A stretch of 44,820 nucleotides of DNA from Candidatus Hydrogenedentota bacterium (GCA_034669905.1 JAXMOL010000060.1:1-44820); one strand, 5' to 3'; positions 1-9,899 are shown, numbered from the stretch's first letter. The notes: generated by a model not told the origin, from the letters alone. Translations and numbers: made by a program.

Positions 1-511
1 CTGCTGCCGCGAGTCCGGGTTCGCCAACCGGTGTGTGGGTGAGCGTTCAGATTTATTGCGTCGAGGCAGTCCCCGGGGACTGCACCGACATTACCCGTCT
101 TGTTCTGAGGAGTGTTCCATGTGGTTGGCTGGGCAACTCACCCAACGCACGGGTCCTTTGACAGTCGGGGCTGTTCCCCCTCTTGTTGCAGGCTTTGGAA
201 GAGGGGGACAGCCTCGACGTCCGAGTGAATGATGTTGTTGCGGGGTATTGGAGCTGGCCCCCTGATGCGGGCGTGCAAGCGCAGGTTTATTGCGTCGAGG
301 CAGTCCCCGGGGACTGCACCGACATCACGTCCACCAAGTCGAACGTCGGGTGCCACCCTCAAGTAGAGGAGCGAAGCGGGGGCAGCTTGTGGGTGGATTG
401 GAAGAGGGGGACAGCCTCGACGTCCAGGTGATCGGCACTGCTGCCGCGAGTCCGGGTTCGCCAACCGGTGTGTGGGTGAGCGTTCAGATTTATTGCGTCG
501 AGGCAGTCCCC
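1..511. repeat. Tandem array of palindromic REP/BIME-like units, truncated by the window start
   Basis: Unit TTTATTGCGTCGAGGCAGTCCCC(GGGGACTGCACCGACAT) at ~52, ~286 and ~489. Inverted partner TTGGAAGAGGGGGACAGCCTCGACGTCC at ~195 and ~398. Positions 1-73 recur at 439-511. Confidence 0.85.
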
Positions 512-1644
512 GCCCGCAGGGTCTCCAACACATAATCCTGCTGGGCATCCGTGAGGCCGGGGTACAGGGGCAACAGGATGATGTGGTCTTGCGCTGCTTC
601 GGAATGGGGCAACGGAAAGCGCAGGGTATGGGCCGCCATGCAGGGTTCCCGGTGGGCATTCATGATGCCAGTCTTGGAAGCGATGCCGCCATCGAGGAGG
701 TGCTGCATGAGTTGCCGCTGATCGATCGAATCCGCCAGCCAGACGGCATAGCTCTGCCAATTGCTCCGTGCCCAGGCGGGTTCATAGGGCGGCGTGAGAC
801 CGTCGATGGATTCCAGGGCCACGCGATAGCGCTCCGCCAGGCGCCGCCGCTCCGCCACGATGGCGTCCAGACGAATGAGCTGGACCCGGCCCATGGCCGC
901 CTGCAAATCGGTCATGCGGTAGTTGTAGCCCAGCTCGGGGTACTGCTCGATGACCACCTTGCGGGCGCCGTGCCGCGCGGTGTCGGGAATGCTCATGCCA
1001 TGTTGCCGAAGCTTTCGGAAGCGAGCATCCCAATCGCTGTTGGCCGTCGTCAACATGCCCCCATCGCCGGTGGTAATGACCTTGCGGGGGTGGAAGGAAA
1101 AGCAACAGATGTCGCCATGGGGCGCGCCGATGGCCTCCCAACCGTTGCCCACATCAATTTCGCTGCCGCTCGCGCAGGCGCCATCTTCTATGAGGGGCAA
1201 CCCCGCGGCACGTGCCAGGGCGACGAGGGCCTTTAACTCACACGGCATGCCCATTTGATGGACGACGAGCAGGGCCCGAGTCTTGTCCGTGATGGCCTCG
1301 GTAACCCGGTCGGGATCCATGTTGCAGGTCTTGGGGTCGATATCGACGAGCACCGGCGTGGCGCCGCAATAGCGGATGGCATTCACGGTGGCGACATAGC
1401 TGTGGGAAACGGTGATCACTTCATCACCCGGCCCGACGCCGACGACCTGAAGGGCCAGGTGCAGTGCGGCGGTACAATTGGCCACGGCGCAGGCATGGGG
1501 TGCGCCTACCCGTTCGGCGAAGGCCTCCTCAAAGGCGACCACCTCGGGGCCCTGGGTGACCCAGCCGGATGTAATGGGGCCGCGCAGGGCCGCGTGTTCT
1601 TCCTCCCCCATCAGGGGCTTGGCGATGGGAATGAACTCATGCAT
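490..1644 (-). CDS. DegT/DnrJ/EryC1/StrS PLP-dependent sugar aminotransferase
   Basis: Motifs SGWVTQGPEV, NCTAALHLAL, FSFHPRKVITTGDGG, GYNYRMTDLQAA. Start taken at MHEFIP, overlapping the upstream stop. Confidence 0.92.
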   Translation of the reverse strand: MHEFIPIAKPLMGEEEHAALRGPITSGWVTQGPEVVAFEEAFAERVGAPHACAVANCTAALHLALQVVGVGPGDEVITVSHSYVATVNAIRYCGATPVLVDIDPKTCNMDPDRVTEAITDKTRALLVVHQMGMPCELKALVALARAAGLPLIEDGACASGSEIDVGNGWEAIGAPHGDICCFSFHPRKVITTGDGGMLTTANSDWDARFRKLRQHGMSIPDTARHGARKVVIEQYPELGYNYRMTDLQAAMGRVQLIRLDAIVAERRRLAERYRVALESIDGLTPPYEPAWARSNWQSYAVWLADSIDQRQLMQHLLDGGIASKTGIMNAHREPCMAAHTLRFPLPHSEAAQDHIILLPLYPGLTDAQQDYVLETLRAGTASTQ

Positions 1645-2614
1645 CGGGGATACGTGCCTCCCGCTCGGCGTACCACCAGGCCACAAGGCGGCGGAGGCCG
1701 TCGTTCAAGTTAACCGCGGGCTCCCAACCCAGTGCTGCGCGGGTCCGACTGATATCGGCCAGGCGACGGGAAACCGGGTTGACGGCCCGTTCGGGACCAT
1801 ATTCAATGGGGATGTCGGCGTCCATGACGTTAAGAAGGGCCTGGGCCAACTCCTTCAGGCTGATTTCTTCGCAGCGGCCGATATTAAAGACCGTGTCGGT
1901 GGCGGTTGACTTGGCGGCCAACACGTTGGCCCGGGCGATGTCTTCCACATAGACGAAGTCCATGGTCTGGGCGCCGTCTCCGAAAATAATGGGGGGCTTT
2001 CCGGCGTCGATACGCTCGATCCAGCGAATGAGGACCTCGGTGTAGACCCCATGCATGTCCATTCGGGGGCCGTAGACGTTAAAATAGCGGAGGGCCACAT
2101 AGTCAAGGCCATACATATCGTTGAAGCTGCGGAGGAGTCCTTCGTTCCAGGTCTTGAGGGCGCCATAGATGGTGCGATTGTCATAGGGGTGGTGGTTTTC
2201 CTTCGTGGGGAAGGACTCCGCCAGGCCATAGACCGACGCGGAGGAGGAGGCAATCACTTTGTTGACCTTGGCTTCCACCGCCGCTTCCAGCACGTTGAAG
2301 GTGCCGTCGCCCAGCACTTCCATGGCGAGGCGCGGTTCCTGGGCGCACTGGGTAATGCGGATGGCGGCGAGGTGAAACACGAGGTCCACACCTTCCATGG
2401 CATTTCCGACCACGTCCCGGTCGCGGACATCGCCGTCGATGACGGAGACCTTGCCCTGTGCGAGGGCCTGGGCGATGTTGGCTTCCCGCCCCCGGGTGAA
2501 ATTGTCGAGCACCACCAGTTCGCGCTGCGCGAAATCCGGGTCGGCCTGCAGTTGGTCGATGATATGGGAGCCGATAAGTCCGGCTCCGCCGGTGAGGAGA
2601 ATCTTGTTTGCCAT
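1637..2614 (-). CDS. NAD-dependent sugar-nucleotide epimerase/dehydratase (extended SDR)
   Basis: TGGAGLIGSH, SSASVYG, YxxxK (YGALK), LRYFNVYGP. Confidence 0.93.
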   Translation of the reverse strand: MANKILLTGGAGLIGSHIIDQLQADPDFAQRELVVLDNFTRGREANIAQALAQGKVSVIDGDVRDRDVVGNAMEGVDLVFHLAAIRITQCAQEPRLAMEVLGDGTFNVLEAAVEAKVNKVIASSSASVYGLAESFPTKENHHPYDNRTIYGALKTWNEGLLRSFNDMYGLDYVALRYFNVYGPRMDMHGVYTEVLIRWIERIDAGKPPIIFGDGAQTMDFVYVEDIARANVLAAKSTATDTVFNIGRCEEISLKELAQALLNVMDADIPIEYGPERAVNPVSRRLADISRTRAALGWEPAVNLNDGLRRLVAWWYAEREARIPDA

Positions 2615-2636
2615 AGTAATGCGTTCTTATGCCTCG

Positions 2637-3623
2637 TTAGTCACGGTGCGATGGATAGCCGGATGATTCCACTACGCGGGAGATCGTATCACTGGATGCT
2701 TCCACAAAGTATTTGGGCCGTTGTCGGGATTCTTCCAGGGTGCGCCAGAGGTATTCTCCGAGGACCCCGAGCATGGTCATCTGAAAACCGCCCATGAGGA
2801 GGATGACCACCATGAGGGAGGACCAGCCATCTACGGGGCCACCGATAATGATCTTGTTGAGGATGACGACAACGGCATAGAGGAGGCCCACCACACTGGC
2901 GGCCATCCCGAGGTAGGACATGAGCCGGATGGGTACGAAGGAGAACCCGGTGAAGGCGTCGGCGACGAGTTGTAGTTTTCGGCCGAGATTCCACTTGGTC
3001 TCCCCGGCCGAACGTTCGGCTTTCGTGTAGCCCAGCTTACTTTGCGAGAATCCGAGCCGGGCAATTTCGCCCATGAGATAGGGGGACGCGCTCATGCTCT
3101 GGCGCAGGGCCCCGATGACCTGGGCATCGATCAGGGCGAAGTCCGAGCCCTTGGGCGGCACCGTGATGGCCGAAAAGTGGTTCATGAGCCAATAAAACAC
3201 GTCGGCGAAGAGCATTTCCGATGCCGCGACGCCGTCCCGTTCTTCCCGGACGGCCCAGACGACCTGGTGTCCTTCACGCCAACAGGCGACCATGTCGGAA
3301 ATGAGTTCCGGGGGGTCCTGTAGGTCGGCCGCGAGGAATACGGCACAATCGCCTTCTACCTGCTCGAGGCCTGCGAAGATGGCGATGTGGCTGCCACTGT
3401 TGGCCGCCAGGCGGATAAATCGCCAGTCCGGGTGGGTCGCACAGGCTTCCCGCAGGAGAGTGGGGGTGTCGTCGGAAGAGTGATCGTCCACAAAGAGGAC
3501 GTCGGTCCTGAATGCCGCCGTTCCTTCCAGCCACTGCTCCAGCCGTGAAACGAGGGCGGGCAGACAGGCTTCCTCGTTGAAAACGGGGATGACGAGACTC
3601 ACCTGGGGACTGTCCGATGACAC
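2637..3623 (-). CDS. GT2 glycosyltransferase, polyprenyl-phosphate type (ArnC/GtrB-like)
   Basis: VIPVFNEE, VDDHSSD, ADLQDPPE and two C-terminal TM helices ending GVLGEYL. Confidence 0.92.
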   Translation of the reverse strand: MSSDSPQVSLVIPVFNEEACLPALVSRLEQWLEGTAAFRTDVLFVDDHSSDDTPTLLREACATHPDWRFIRLAANSGSHIAIFAGLEQVEGDCAVFLAADLQDPPELISDMVACWREGHQVVWAVREERDGVAASEMLFADVFYWLMNHFSAITVPPKGSDFALIDAQVIGALRQSMSASPYLMGEIARLGFSQSKLGYTKAERSAGETKWNLGRKLQLVADAFTGFSFVPIRLMSYLGMAASVVGLLYAVVVILNKIIIGGPVDGWSSLMVVILLMGGFQMTMLGVLGEYLWRTLEESRQRPKYFVEASSDTISRVVESSGYPSHRD

Positions 3624-3726
3624 ACCAATTTCCTCACACGCCCACGGCGCCTTCGACCCAATGGATTACGCAAATCACTGTAGCACAGGGGCGGCATCGC
3701 TGTCGCTATTTTTGGGGTGGGCCATC

Positions 3727-3872
3727 GTGGGTTGGGCGTCTCGCCTGGCACAGGGTCTATGCATTACCAATAGGAAACGTGCGACTGGCGCGGTAGACCC
3801 GGTTTATCACAATAGATGCGGTCACTCGCTGTACCCAATGACATGGCGTGTCAGCCGGGACGGCTAACCCAC
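3727..3872. repeat. REP doublet (REPIN-like), GTGGG-initiated family
   Basis: GTGGGTTGGGCGTCTCGCCTGGCA (3727-3750) and the inverted TGTCAGCCGGGACGGCTAACCCAC (3849-3872), each with an internal hairpin. Confidence 0.6.
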
Positions 3873-3896
3873 CTGTGCGCTGCTATTCGGGTTGCG

Positions 3897-5003
3897 CTAC
3901 TTCACCAGAAACCCACGGACGGTGTCGGCAATGTATTGGATTTCTTCTTTGCTGAGTCCGGGGTAGAGGGGGAGAGAAAGCAAGCGTTTGGCCATGGCCT
4001 CGGTAACGGGGAGGGAGCCCCTGGGGTATCCGAGGGCCTTGTAGGCGGGCTGGCGGTGCAGGGGCACGGGATAGTGCATTCCGGTGCCGATACCGGCGTT
4101 GGCAAGGGCCTTGGCCAGGCCGTCCCGCTGGGCACATTGAATCACATAGAGATGCCAGGCATGGGTGGCCCAGTCGGCTGCCGTCGGTGCGGTGAGTCCG
4201 GGTATATCGGACAGCAGCGTGTGGTACTGGGCCGCGATTTGGGTCCGCTCGGCCTGCCACGTGTCGAGGTGGGCGAGTTTCACTTCCAGTGCCGAAGCCT
4301 GCAGCGTGTCGCAACGTCCGTTGTAGCCTTCCACTTCGTGGGCATACTTTTCGGCCTGGCCATGATCGCGGTACATACGGATTTTCGCGTCCAGTGCGGC
4401 ATCCGAGGTCGCCACGCCGCCCGCTTCCCCGCAGGCGCCCAGGTTTTTTCCGGGGTAAAAGGAGTAGGCTGCCGCGATGCCCCGCGTGCCCGTCCGTTGG
4501 CCTCTATAGCGGGCACCGTGGGCCTGGGCCGCATCTTCCACCATCCAGAGTCCGTGGGCCCCTGCGATAGATTGGATGGGTTCGAGGTCGGCCGGGTGTC
4601 CATAGAGATGGACCGGGAGAACGCCTCGGGTATGCTCGGTGATGGCCGCCTCTAGCAAGGCAGGGTCCAGGGTGTAGGTCGTGGGGTCGATGTCTACGAA
4701 AACGGGGGTGGCCCCGCACTGGGTGATGGCTTCCGTGGTGGCGATGAAGGTATTGGCCACCGTAATCACCTCATCGCCCGGTCCCACGCCGAGGGCGAGG
4801 AGGATAAAGCGAAGGGCATCGGTGCCCGAATTCACCAGGGCAAAGTGACGGCTCCCGAAGGCCTGCGCCATGGCGGACTCACAATCGGAGACCGCGTCGC
4901 CCCCCACAAACTGACCGGTATCGACGATGGTCTCCCACCGGGCCAGCAAGTCTTGTTTCAGCGCGCGATTGGCATAGGCCACGTTTAAGAACGGAATTTT
5001 CAC
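3897..5003 (-). CDS. DegT-family aminotransferase (WbpE/WlbC-like)
   Basis: NSGTDAL, EDAAQAHGA, YSFYPGKNLGACGEAG, GYNGRCDTLQA. Confidence 0.92.
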   Translation of the reverse strand: MKIPFLNVAYANRALKQDLLARWETIVDTGQFVGGDAVSDCESAMAQAFGSRHFALVNSGTDALRFILLALGVGPGDEVITVANTFIATTEAITQCGATPVFVDIDPTTYTLDPALLEAAITEHTRGVLPVHLYGHPADLEPIQSIAGAHGLWMVEDAAQAHGARYRGQRTGTRGIAAAYSFYPGKNLGACGEAGGVATSDAALDAKIRMYRDHGQAEKYAHEVEGYNGRCDTLQASALEVKLAHLDTWQAERTQIAAQYHTLLSDIPGLTAPTAADWATHAWHLYVIQCAQRDGLAKALANAGIGTGMHYPVPLHRQPAYKALGYPRGSLPVTEAMAKRLLSLPLYPGLSKEEIQYIADTVRGFLVK

Positions 5004-5491
5004 GGGTCATCGACTTTCTTCAAGAAACGGGCCGGATTGCCACACCAGACTTCTCCGGCGGGCACGTCATGGGTGACCACGCTGCCGGCACCGACGATGG
5101 CGTGGGCGCCTACGGTCACGCCACAGAGCAGGGTGGCCCCGGAGCCGATGGAGGCCCCGGCATGGACGGTGGTTGGTATGACGGTCCAGTTGGCTTCGGT
5201 CTGGAGGGTGCCATCGGGCGCAGTGGCCCGGGGGACTTTGTCGTTGGTGAACATGACGCCATGGCCCACGAAAACGCCATCTTCCAGGGTGACCCCTTCG
5301 CAGATAAAGCTGTGGCTGGATACCTTGCAGCGGGCGCCAATGACCGCGCCCTTCTGAATTTCCACGAAGGCCCCGATCTTGGTGTCGTCTCCGATGCGGC
5401 AGCCATAGGCATTGATATAGCAGGCGAGGCGCACGTTGTTTCCAAGCACCACATCATCGGCGATCCGGTTGTAGTCGGGGAGAGCACTCAC
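5000..5491 (-). CDS. Hexapeptide-repeat N-acetyltransferase (WbpD/WlbB-like)
   Basis: IGAFVEIQKG, FICEGVT, FTND, GAGSVVTHDVP, GNPAR. 4-nt overlaps with both neighbours. Confidence 0.92.
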   Translation of the reverse strand: MSALPDYNRIADDVVLGNNVRLACYINAYGCRIGDDTKIGAFVEIQKGAVIGARCKVSSHSFICEGVTLEDGVFVGHGVMFTNDKVPRATAPDGTLQTEANWTVIPTTVHAGASIGSGATLLCGVTVGAHAIVGAGSVVTHDVPAGEVWCGNPARFLKKVDDP

Positions 5492-6510
5492 AGGGCCATG
5501 CCTTCCCAGTCCAGAGAGATGGTTTGCCCCCCGTTGGCGAGGGAGGCATTGGTCGCTTCCAACAGGGCCATGACCGCATGGCCAGCTACGCCGTCATTCA
5601 CGGGGGCCTTGTTGTTCTGGACACACTCCACGAAGTAGGCGACCTCTTTGGCCAGGGCTTCGACATGGGGTACCACGGGCGCAGTCATGGCACCGACCCG
5701 GGTTTCTGCCAGCAGTTGGTAGCGGCCTTCCGGGCTGGTGACGTCCATGCCCTTGTCGTAGATCTTGATTTTCTCTTCCAGACTGAGGTCGTCCCAGATG
5801 AGCATTTTCTTGTCGCCCCCCACCATGATGCGGCGGAGCTTGACCGGTGCGAGCCAGTTCAGGTGGAGGTGGGCCATGAAGTTATCCGCATAAAAGAGGG
5901 TCACATAGGCCATGTCTTCCAGCCCGGTACCGAAATGGTCGGCTCCATGGGCGCTTACCGCCACCGGGAGCGTGGGGAGGAGGTAGTGGAGAATCGAGAA
6001 GTCATGGGGGGCCAGATCCCACACCACATTGACATCCCGCTGGTAGATGCCAAGATTGACCCGTGCAGAGTCGTAGTAGAACAGACGCCCCAGCTCGCCC
6101 GCGTCGAGGGCCTTTTTCATGGTCTGGACCGCACCGGTAAAGAGAAAGGTGTGGTCGACCATTAAGATGCGGTCCCGATCTTTCGCCAGCGCGACGAGGG
6201 TGCGCGCTTCTTCCGCGGTCGTCGTCATGGGTTTTTCGAGGAAGACGTGCTTGCCCGCTTCCAGGGCAGTTCGGGCCAGCTCAAAGTGGGTGGAAACGGG
6301 GGTCGCGATGGCGATGACGTCCACGCGCGCGTCGGTGAGCACCGATTCCGCTTCGGCCACGTTGGCGTTGGGGTAGGTCGCTTTCGCCCGGTCGCGTTGG
6401 GCTTCGTCGGCGTCGGCGATGGCAAAGAGGGTGCAATCCGGATTGCTGTTGAAATTGCGTGCGAGGTTCGGCCCCCAATACCCGAAACCGATCAATCCCA
6501 CATTCAGCAT
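5488..6510 (-). CDS. Gfo/Idh/MocA oxidoreductase (sugar-nucleotide 3-dehydrogenase-like)
   Basis: GFGYWGPNLARNF, GKHVFLEKP, WDLAPHD. Confidence 0.92.
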   Translation of the reverse strand: MLNVGLIGFGYWGPNLARNFNSNPDCTLFAIADADEAQRDRAKATYPNANVAEAESVLTDARVDVIAIATPVSTHFELARTALEAGKHVFLEKPMTTTAEEARTLVALAKDRDRILMVDHTFLFTGAVQTMKKALDAGELGRLFYYDSARVNLGIYQRDVNVVWDLAPHDFSILHYLLPTLPVAVSAHGADHFGTGLEDMAYVTLFYADNFMAHLHLNWLAPVKLRRIMVGGDKKMLIWDDLSLEEKIKIYDKGMDVTSPEGRYQLLAETRVGAMTAPVVPHVEALAKEVAYFVECVQNNKAPVNDGVAGHAVMALLEATNASLANGGQTISLDWEGMAL

Positions 6511-6512
6511 GG

Positions 6513-7655
6513 CTACTCAACCTCCTTGTTGGCCGCGGCCAGTATACCATGTTCACCGAGCCCATTCGCGATTGTTCGGGCGAGGAGTGCATTGCCCGCC
6601 GGGGTGAGGTGATAGTCAACGGGGGCGAGGTAGAGGGGGGTGCCCCGGTCCGCCTGACGAAAGGCCGGGACCCCATCGATAACCGGGATGCCCGCCGCTG
6701 CGACTCGGGGAAGAAGCTCGTGGTAAAAGGGCTCGTCGGGGGTTTCCGCGTAGGTCTGCACAAAGGTGGGGAACCATACCCACACCAGTTGGATATCTCG
6801 GGCGTCGCACCAGGCTTTCATTTCCGACAGGACTGTAAGATAGACATGGGCCCGCTCCTGCAGGGCAGCGTCGAGGGCGGGGAGATGGAGTTTCAGCGCC
6901 TGCAGGTCGGCCCGCGCCTGCGGAAGGAGGGCACCATAGTCGGTGGCCCCGGGGATTACATAGCGCTCCGGGCCGAGCGAAGGTGCGCCCGGCACGTTGC
7001 GTCCCCGATAGCCCGTGAAGCGCGCGGCGAAATAGCGATCCAGAATCCATTCGCCCGTGGCGCTCCGTGCTGCCCACAATGCTGCGCGGTTGGCGAAGAC
7101 CAGCGGCTCGGGATGGTACTGGAGGAGTTGCTCAACCGAGCGATTGCCCATCTCGTAAATGTCGTTGCCGACAAAGGTCAATACCACGACATCGGGGTTG
7201 AGCTCGGCGCAGAACCGGCGCAGTATCCAGAATTCCCGGCCGATGGTGGAACCGCCCCGTGCCGCATTGACGACCTCCACCAGTCTGCCCGCTGAGGACA
7301 GCATGTCCTGCAGCTGCGCCGGGTAGGTGTGGGGATTATCCACCAGATAGCCATCCGTGATGCTGTCCCCCAACGCGATGATTCGGGTCGTTCCGGGGGG
7401 CTTGTCGGGGGTGATTTCGGGGCCCCGAAAGCCCAGGTGATTGGTTTCAATCACGTAGGGGAAGGCCATCAGCTCCATTACAATACGGCTGTCGGGGTGG
7501 TAGAGGCTGGTGTGGTTGAGGGGGGTGGCGTCAAAGAGGCCGTGGGGACGGTCGGTAAACGCGCGCACCATTCCCTCAACCGCGAGCAAGAGCAGCCCGC
7601 AGACGGTCACACAATAGAGCCCGTAGGCCATTAGAAATCGGAGTCGTTGTCGCAT
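6513..7655 (-). CDS. SGNH/GDSL hydrolase-fold protein with N-terminal TM anchor (possible polysaccharide O-acyltransferase/esterase)
   Basis: LGDSIT, VVNAARGG, FVGND, DYHLTPAGN. Start uncertain. Confidence 0.85.
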   Translation of the reverse strand: MRQRLRFLMAYGLYCVTVCGLLLLAVEGMVRAFTDRPHGLFDATPLNHTSLYHPDSRIVMELMAFPYVIETNHLGFRGPEITPDKPPGTTRIIALGDSITDGYLVDNPHTYPAQLQDMLSSAGRLVEVVNAARGGSTIGREFWILRRFCAELNPDVVVLTFVGNDIYEMGNRSVEQLLQYHPEPLVFANRAALWAARSATGEWILDRYFAARFTGYRGRNVPGAPSLGPERYVIPGATDYGALLPQARADLQALKLHLPALDAALQERAHVYLTVLSEMKAWCDARDIQLVWVWFPTFVQTYAETPDEPFYHELLPRVAAAGIPVIDGVPAFRQADRGTPLYLAPVDYHLTPAGNALLARTIANGLGEHGILAAANKEVE

Positions 7656-7718
7656 AAAAAATCCCGGGCCATAGTGACAGGCCCGGGTGGGGGGTATCAA
7701 TGGGGAGGGGAGGGGACA

Positions 7719-8381
7719 CTAAACCCGCATGTCGGGAAAGTAATGGACCTCAATCAGCAGGCACATGGTGTGCCACAGGGCGATATGGGCTTCCTGGATG
7801 ACTTTGGTGGAGGTGACGGGGGCCTTGATGGCGATATCGGCGAACTCGGCCATCTTGCCGCCCTTGGGGCCCGTCATGGAAACGGCCGTGGCGCCATAGG
7901 CTTTGGCCGTCGACATGGCCATAAGGCAGTTATCCGCATTGCCGGAGGTGGAGAGGGCCAGCAGCACGTCACCGGGCTTGACCAAGGCGTTGAGCTCCTG
8001 GGCAAAGGCAATGTCACGGATGGCGTTGTCATTTTCCACCGCGGTTTTCAGGGCGCCGTTGAAGCCTAAGGCGTGGGAGGAAAGGCCCGCTTCCAGATTT
8101 TCCGCGAGTTCCTCGCCGAAGGGCAGGCCTTTGAACTTCCCTTTCAGGTCGTCGCTGAGGGGGCGGAGGCGTTCAAAACTCTTGTTCAACTCGCCCACGA
8201 TGTGGAGCGCATCGGCGTTGGAGCCCCCGTTTCCGCAAGTGAAGAGGGTGCCGCCGCCTTCGTAACACCGGACCAGGGCGTCGTGGAGGGCGAGCAAGGT
8301 CTCCTGGCAGGGGGCCAGATCAGCACGGCGCGCCAGCAGGTCGTCGAGCACAGATTGCTCCAATGGGGAGAGTGAGGACAT
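7719..8381 (-). CDS. gmhA: SIS-domain phosphoheptose isomerase-like protein (GmhA family)
   Basis: CGNGGSNADALH, GDVLLALSTSGNADN, IQEAH. Confidence 0.75.
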   Translation of the reverse strand: MSSLSPLEQSVLDDLLARRADLAPCQETLLALHDALVRCYEGGGTLFTCGNGGSNADALHIVGELNKSFERLRPLSDDLKGKFKGLPFGEELAENLEAGLSSHALGFNGALKTAVENDNAIRDIAFAQELNALVKPGDVLLALSTSGNADNCLMAMSTAKAYGATAVSMTGPKGGKMAEFADIAIKAPVTSTKVIQEAHIALWHTMCLLIEVHYFPDMRV

Positions 8382-8572
8382 GTCGTCGAATCCTTTTGGT
8401 GGTTATTTTTGGGGGGGCGTGGACGTATTTGGGCCGATTTCAGCCCGGAAAGGCCACAAGTTGGCCAGAATCGGGCCCCTTCCTGCAAGAAATTTATCGG
8501 GCCTATTATACCGTGCCGCAAGGGGTTAAGGCATCTTTCGTGGATTCGTGAATGTAAAACCGTAAAAACAGT

Positions 8573-8601
8573 TTGACAAAAAAGCGTAAGCACGGTATAG
8601 T
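8573..8601 (+). promoter_or_regulatory. Sigma70-type promoter for the first DUF1559 gene
   Basis: TTGACA (8573-8578), 17 nt spacer, TATAGT (8596-8601). Confidence 0.8.
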
Positions 8602-8607
8602 TTGGTT

Positions 8608-8912
8608 GTCAGCGCGAGACGTAGACCCCTAAGGGACCCGAAGGGCCCTCGGAAACTACGGAACGTGATGATTGGGACCCGCCTCGGTGCACCGGGCCGG
8701 TCCCCAGACCGGAAAGTTGAACGCATGTAATTGCCTGATGACGGATGGAGCAGTGCTTCACCGTTAATCGACAGACCGTCACTCTGGCCAGGAGCGTATA
8801 CGCACGGAAGCACATCCCCCTTTAGTGTGCTTCCCGACGGGAGGTCGAACGGGCATGTCAATACATATTGGTTGGTCAAGGAACGAAACAAAAAACTCAC
8901 CGGAGATACACC
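8608..8912 (+). ncRNA. Putative long structured 5' leader / cis-regulatory RNA of unknown family
   Basis: About 305 nt between the predicted TSS and the ATG, with consecutive stems CGTAG/CTACG, GGGACC/GGTCCC, TGACGG/CCGTCA, GGAAGCACA/TGTGCTTCC. No convincing ORF. Confidence 0.5.
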
Positions 8913-9794
8913 ATGAAAAACAAAGGTTTTACCCTCATCGAACTGTTGGTTGTGATTGCGATTATCGGCATTCTTGCAGCGATTCTGCTTCCGGCCCTGG
9001 CGCGGGCCCGTGAAGCGGCCCGTCGCACGAGCTGCCAGAACAACCTCAAGCAGCTTGGCTTGACGTTCAAAATGTATGCGAATGAATCAGAAGGTGGAAC
9101 CTTCCCCCCCATGAAGGTTTACAACTGCGAAGATACGATTTTCGCAGTCAACGGCGTCTTTGATGGCGAGCTGGTATACCCTGACTACCTCAACGACTGG
9201 CAGACCATGGTATGCCCCAGTAATTCCGCCGCCGGTTCCGCCATGGAGCTTTGGGACGAAGGCAACACCAACAGCCCCCTTTGGGCCGACGTCGCCGGAT
9301 ACAGCAATGACGGTGTCCTTGAGCCCTGCGAAATCACCGCCGGACCGTATTACTACTACGGCTACGCGCTGAACGACGAAATGTTCGACGTTCAGGCGGA
9401 CTTCGATAACTTCAAGCTCGCCACCGAAGGACTTCGTGACCTCATCGAAACGGTTGACCCCGAAGCGGTCAAGGAAGACTGGTTCTTCGAAGACAACGGT
9501 GGTAACCCTGTTCCCGTCAATGGCTTCGATACGGCCTACCGTCTCCGCGAAGGCATCGAGCGCTTCTTCATCACCGATATCAACAGCCCCGGAGGCAGTG
9601 CCCAGGCACAGTCCACCCTCGTGGTCATGTATGACGGCGTGGCTGAGAATGCCGCCGACTTCAACCACATTCCCGGCGGCTCCAACGTCCTCTACATGGA
9701 CGGCCACGTATCCTTCGTGAAGTATGGTGCCGGTGAAGGCAGCCCCTTCCCCATGAACCAAGCCGGTATCGCCCTCTACGACGCCGGTCAATAA
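8913..9794 (+). CDS. DUF1559 prepilin-type N-terminal cleavage/methylation protein with H-X9-DG motif (paralogue 1)
   Basis: [42 protein letters not shown] and C-terminal [22 protein letters not shown] upstream. Confidence 0.93.
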   Translation: MKNKGFTLIELLVVIAIIGILAAILLPALARAREAARRTSCQNNLKQLGLTFKMYANESEGGTFPPMKVYNCEDTIFAVNGVFDGELVYPDYLNDWQTMVCPSNSAAGSAMELWDEGNTNSPLWADVAGYSNDGVLEPCEITAGPYYYYGYALNDEMFDVQADFDNFKLATEGLRDLIETVDPEAVKEDWFFEDNGGNPVPVNGFDTAYRLREGIERFFITDINSPGGSAQAQSTLVVMYDGVAENAADFNHIPGGSNVLYMDGHVSFVKYGAGEGSPFPMNQAGIALYDAGQ

Positions 9795-9842
9795 TCCAAT
9801 TCGCCTGGTGTACATAGCTGGCTGAGCTGTTCTCAGCCACCC

Positions 9843-9882
9843 ACGGGGCCCCGTCCGAAAGGATGGGGCCCCGATTGGTTTA
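9843..9882 (+). terminator. Hairpin / probable intrinsic terminator after paralogue 1
   Basis: CGGGGCCCCGTCC-GAAA-GGATGGGGCCCCG followed by ATTGGTTTAT (weak U tract). Confidence 0.6.
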
Positions 9883-9899
9883 TGCGGGGGCACCGCGAC

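Noticed and set aside
1..511. CRISPR array
   Set aside because: Two alternating, mutually inverted repeat types, spacers of 60-105 nt that are themselves duplicated, and no cas genes in the window.
8734..8792. Hammerhead ribozyme or SAM-I/fluoride riboswitch suggested by CTGATGA
   Set aside because: The other required core elements (GAAA after stem II, or the SAM-I/fluoride 5' motifs) are not in the right positions.
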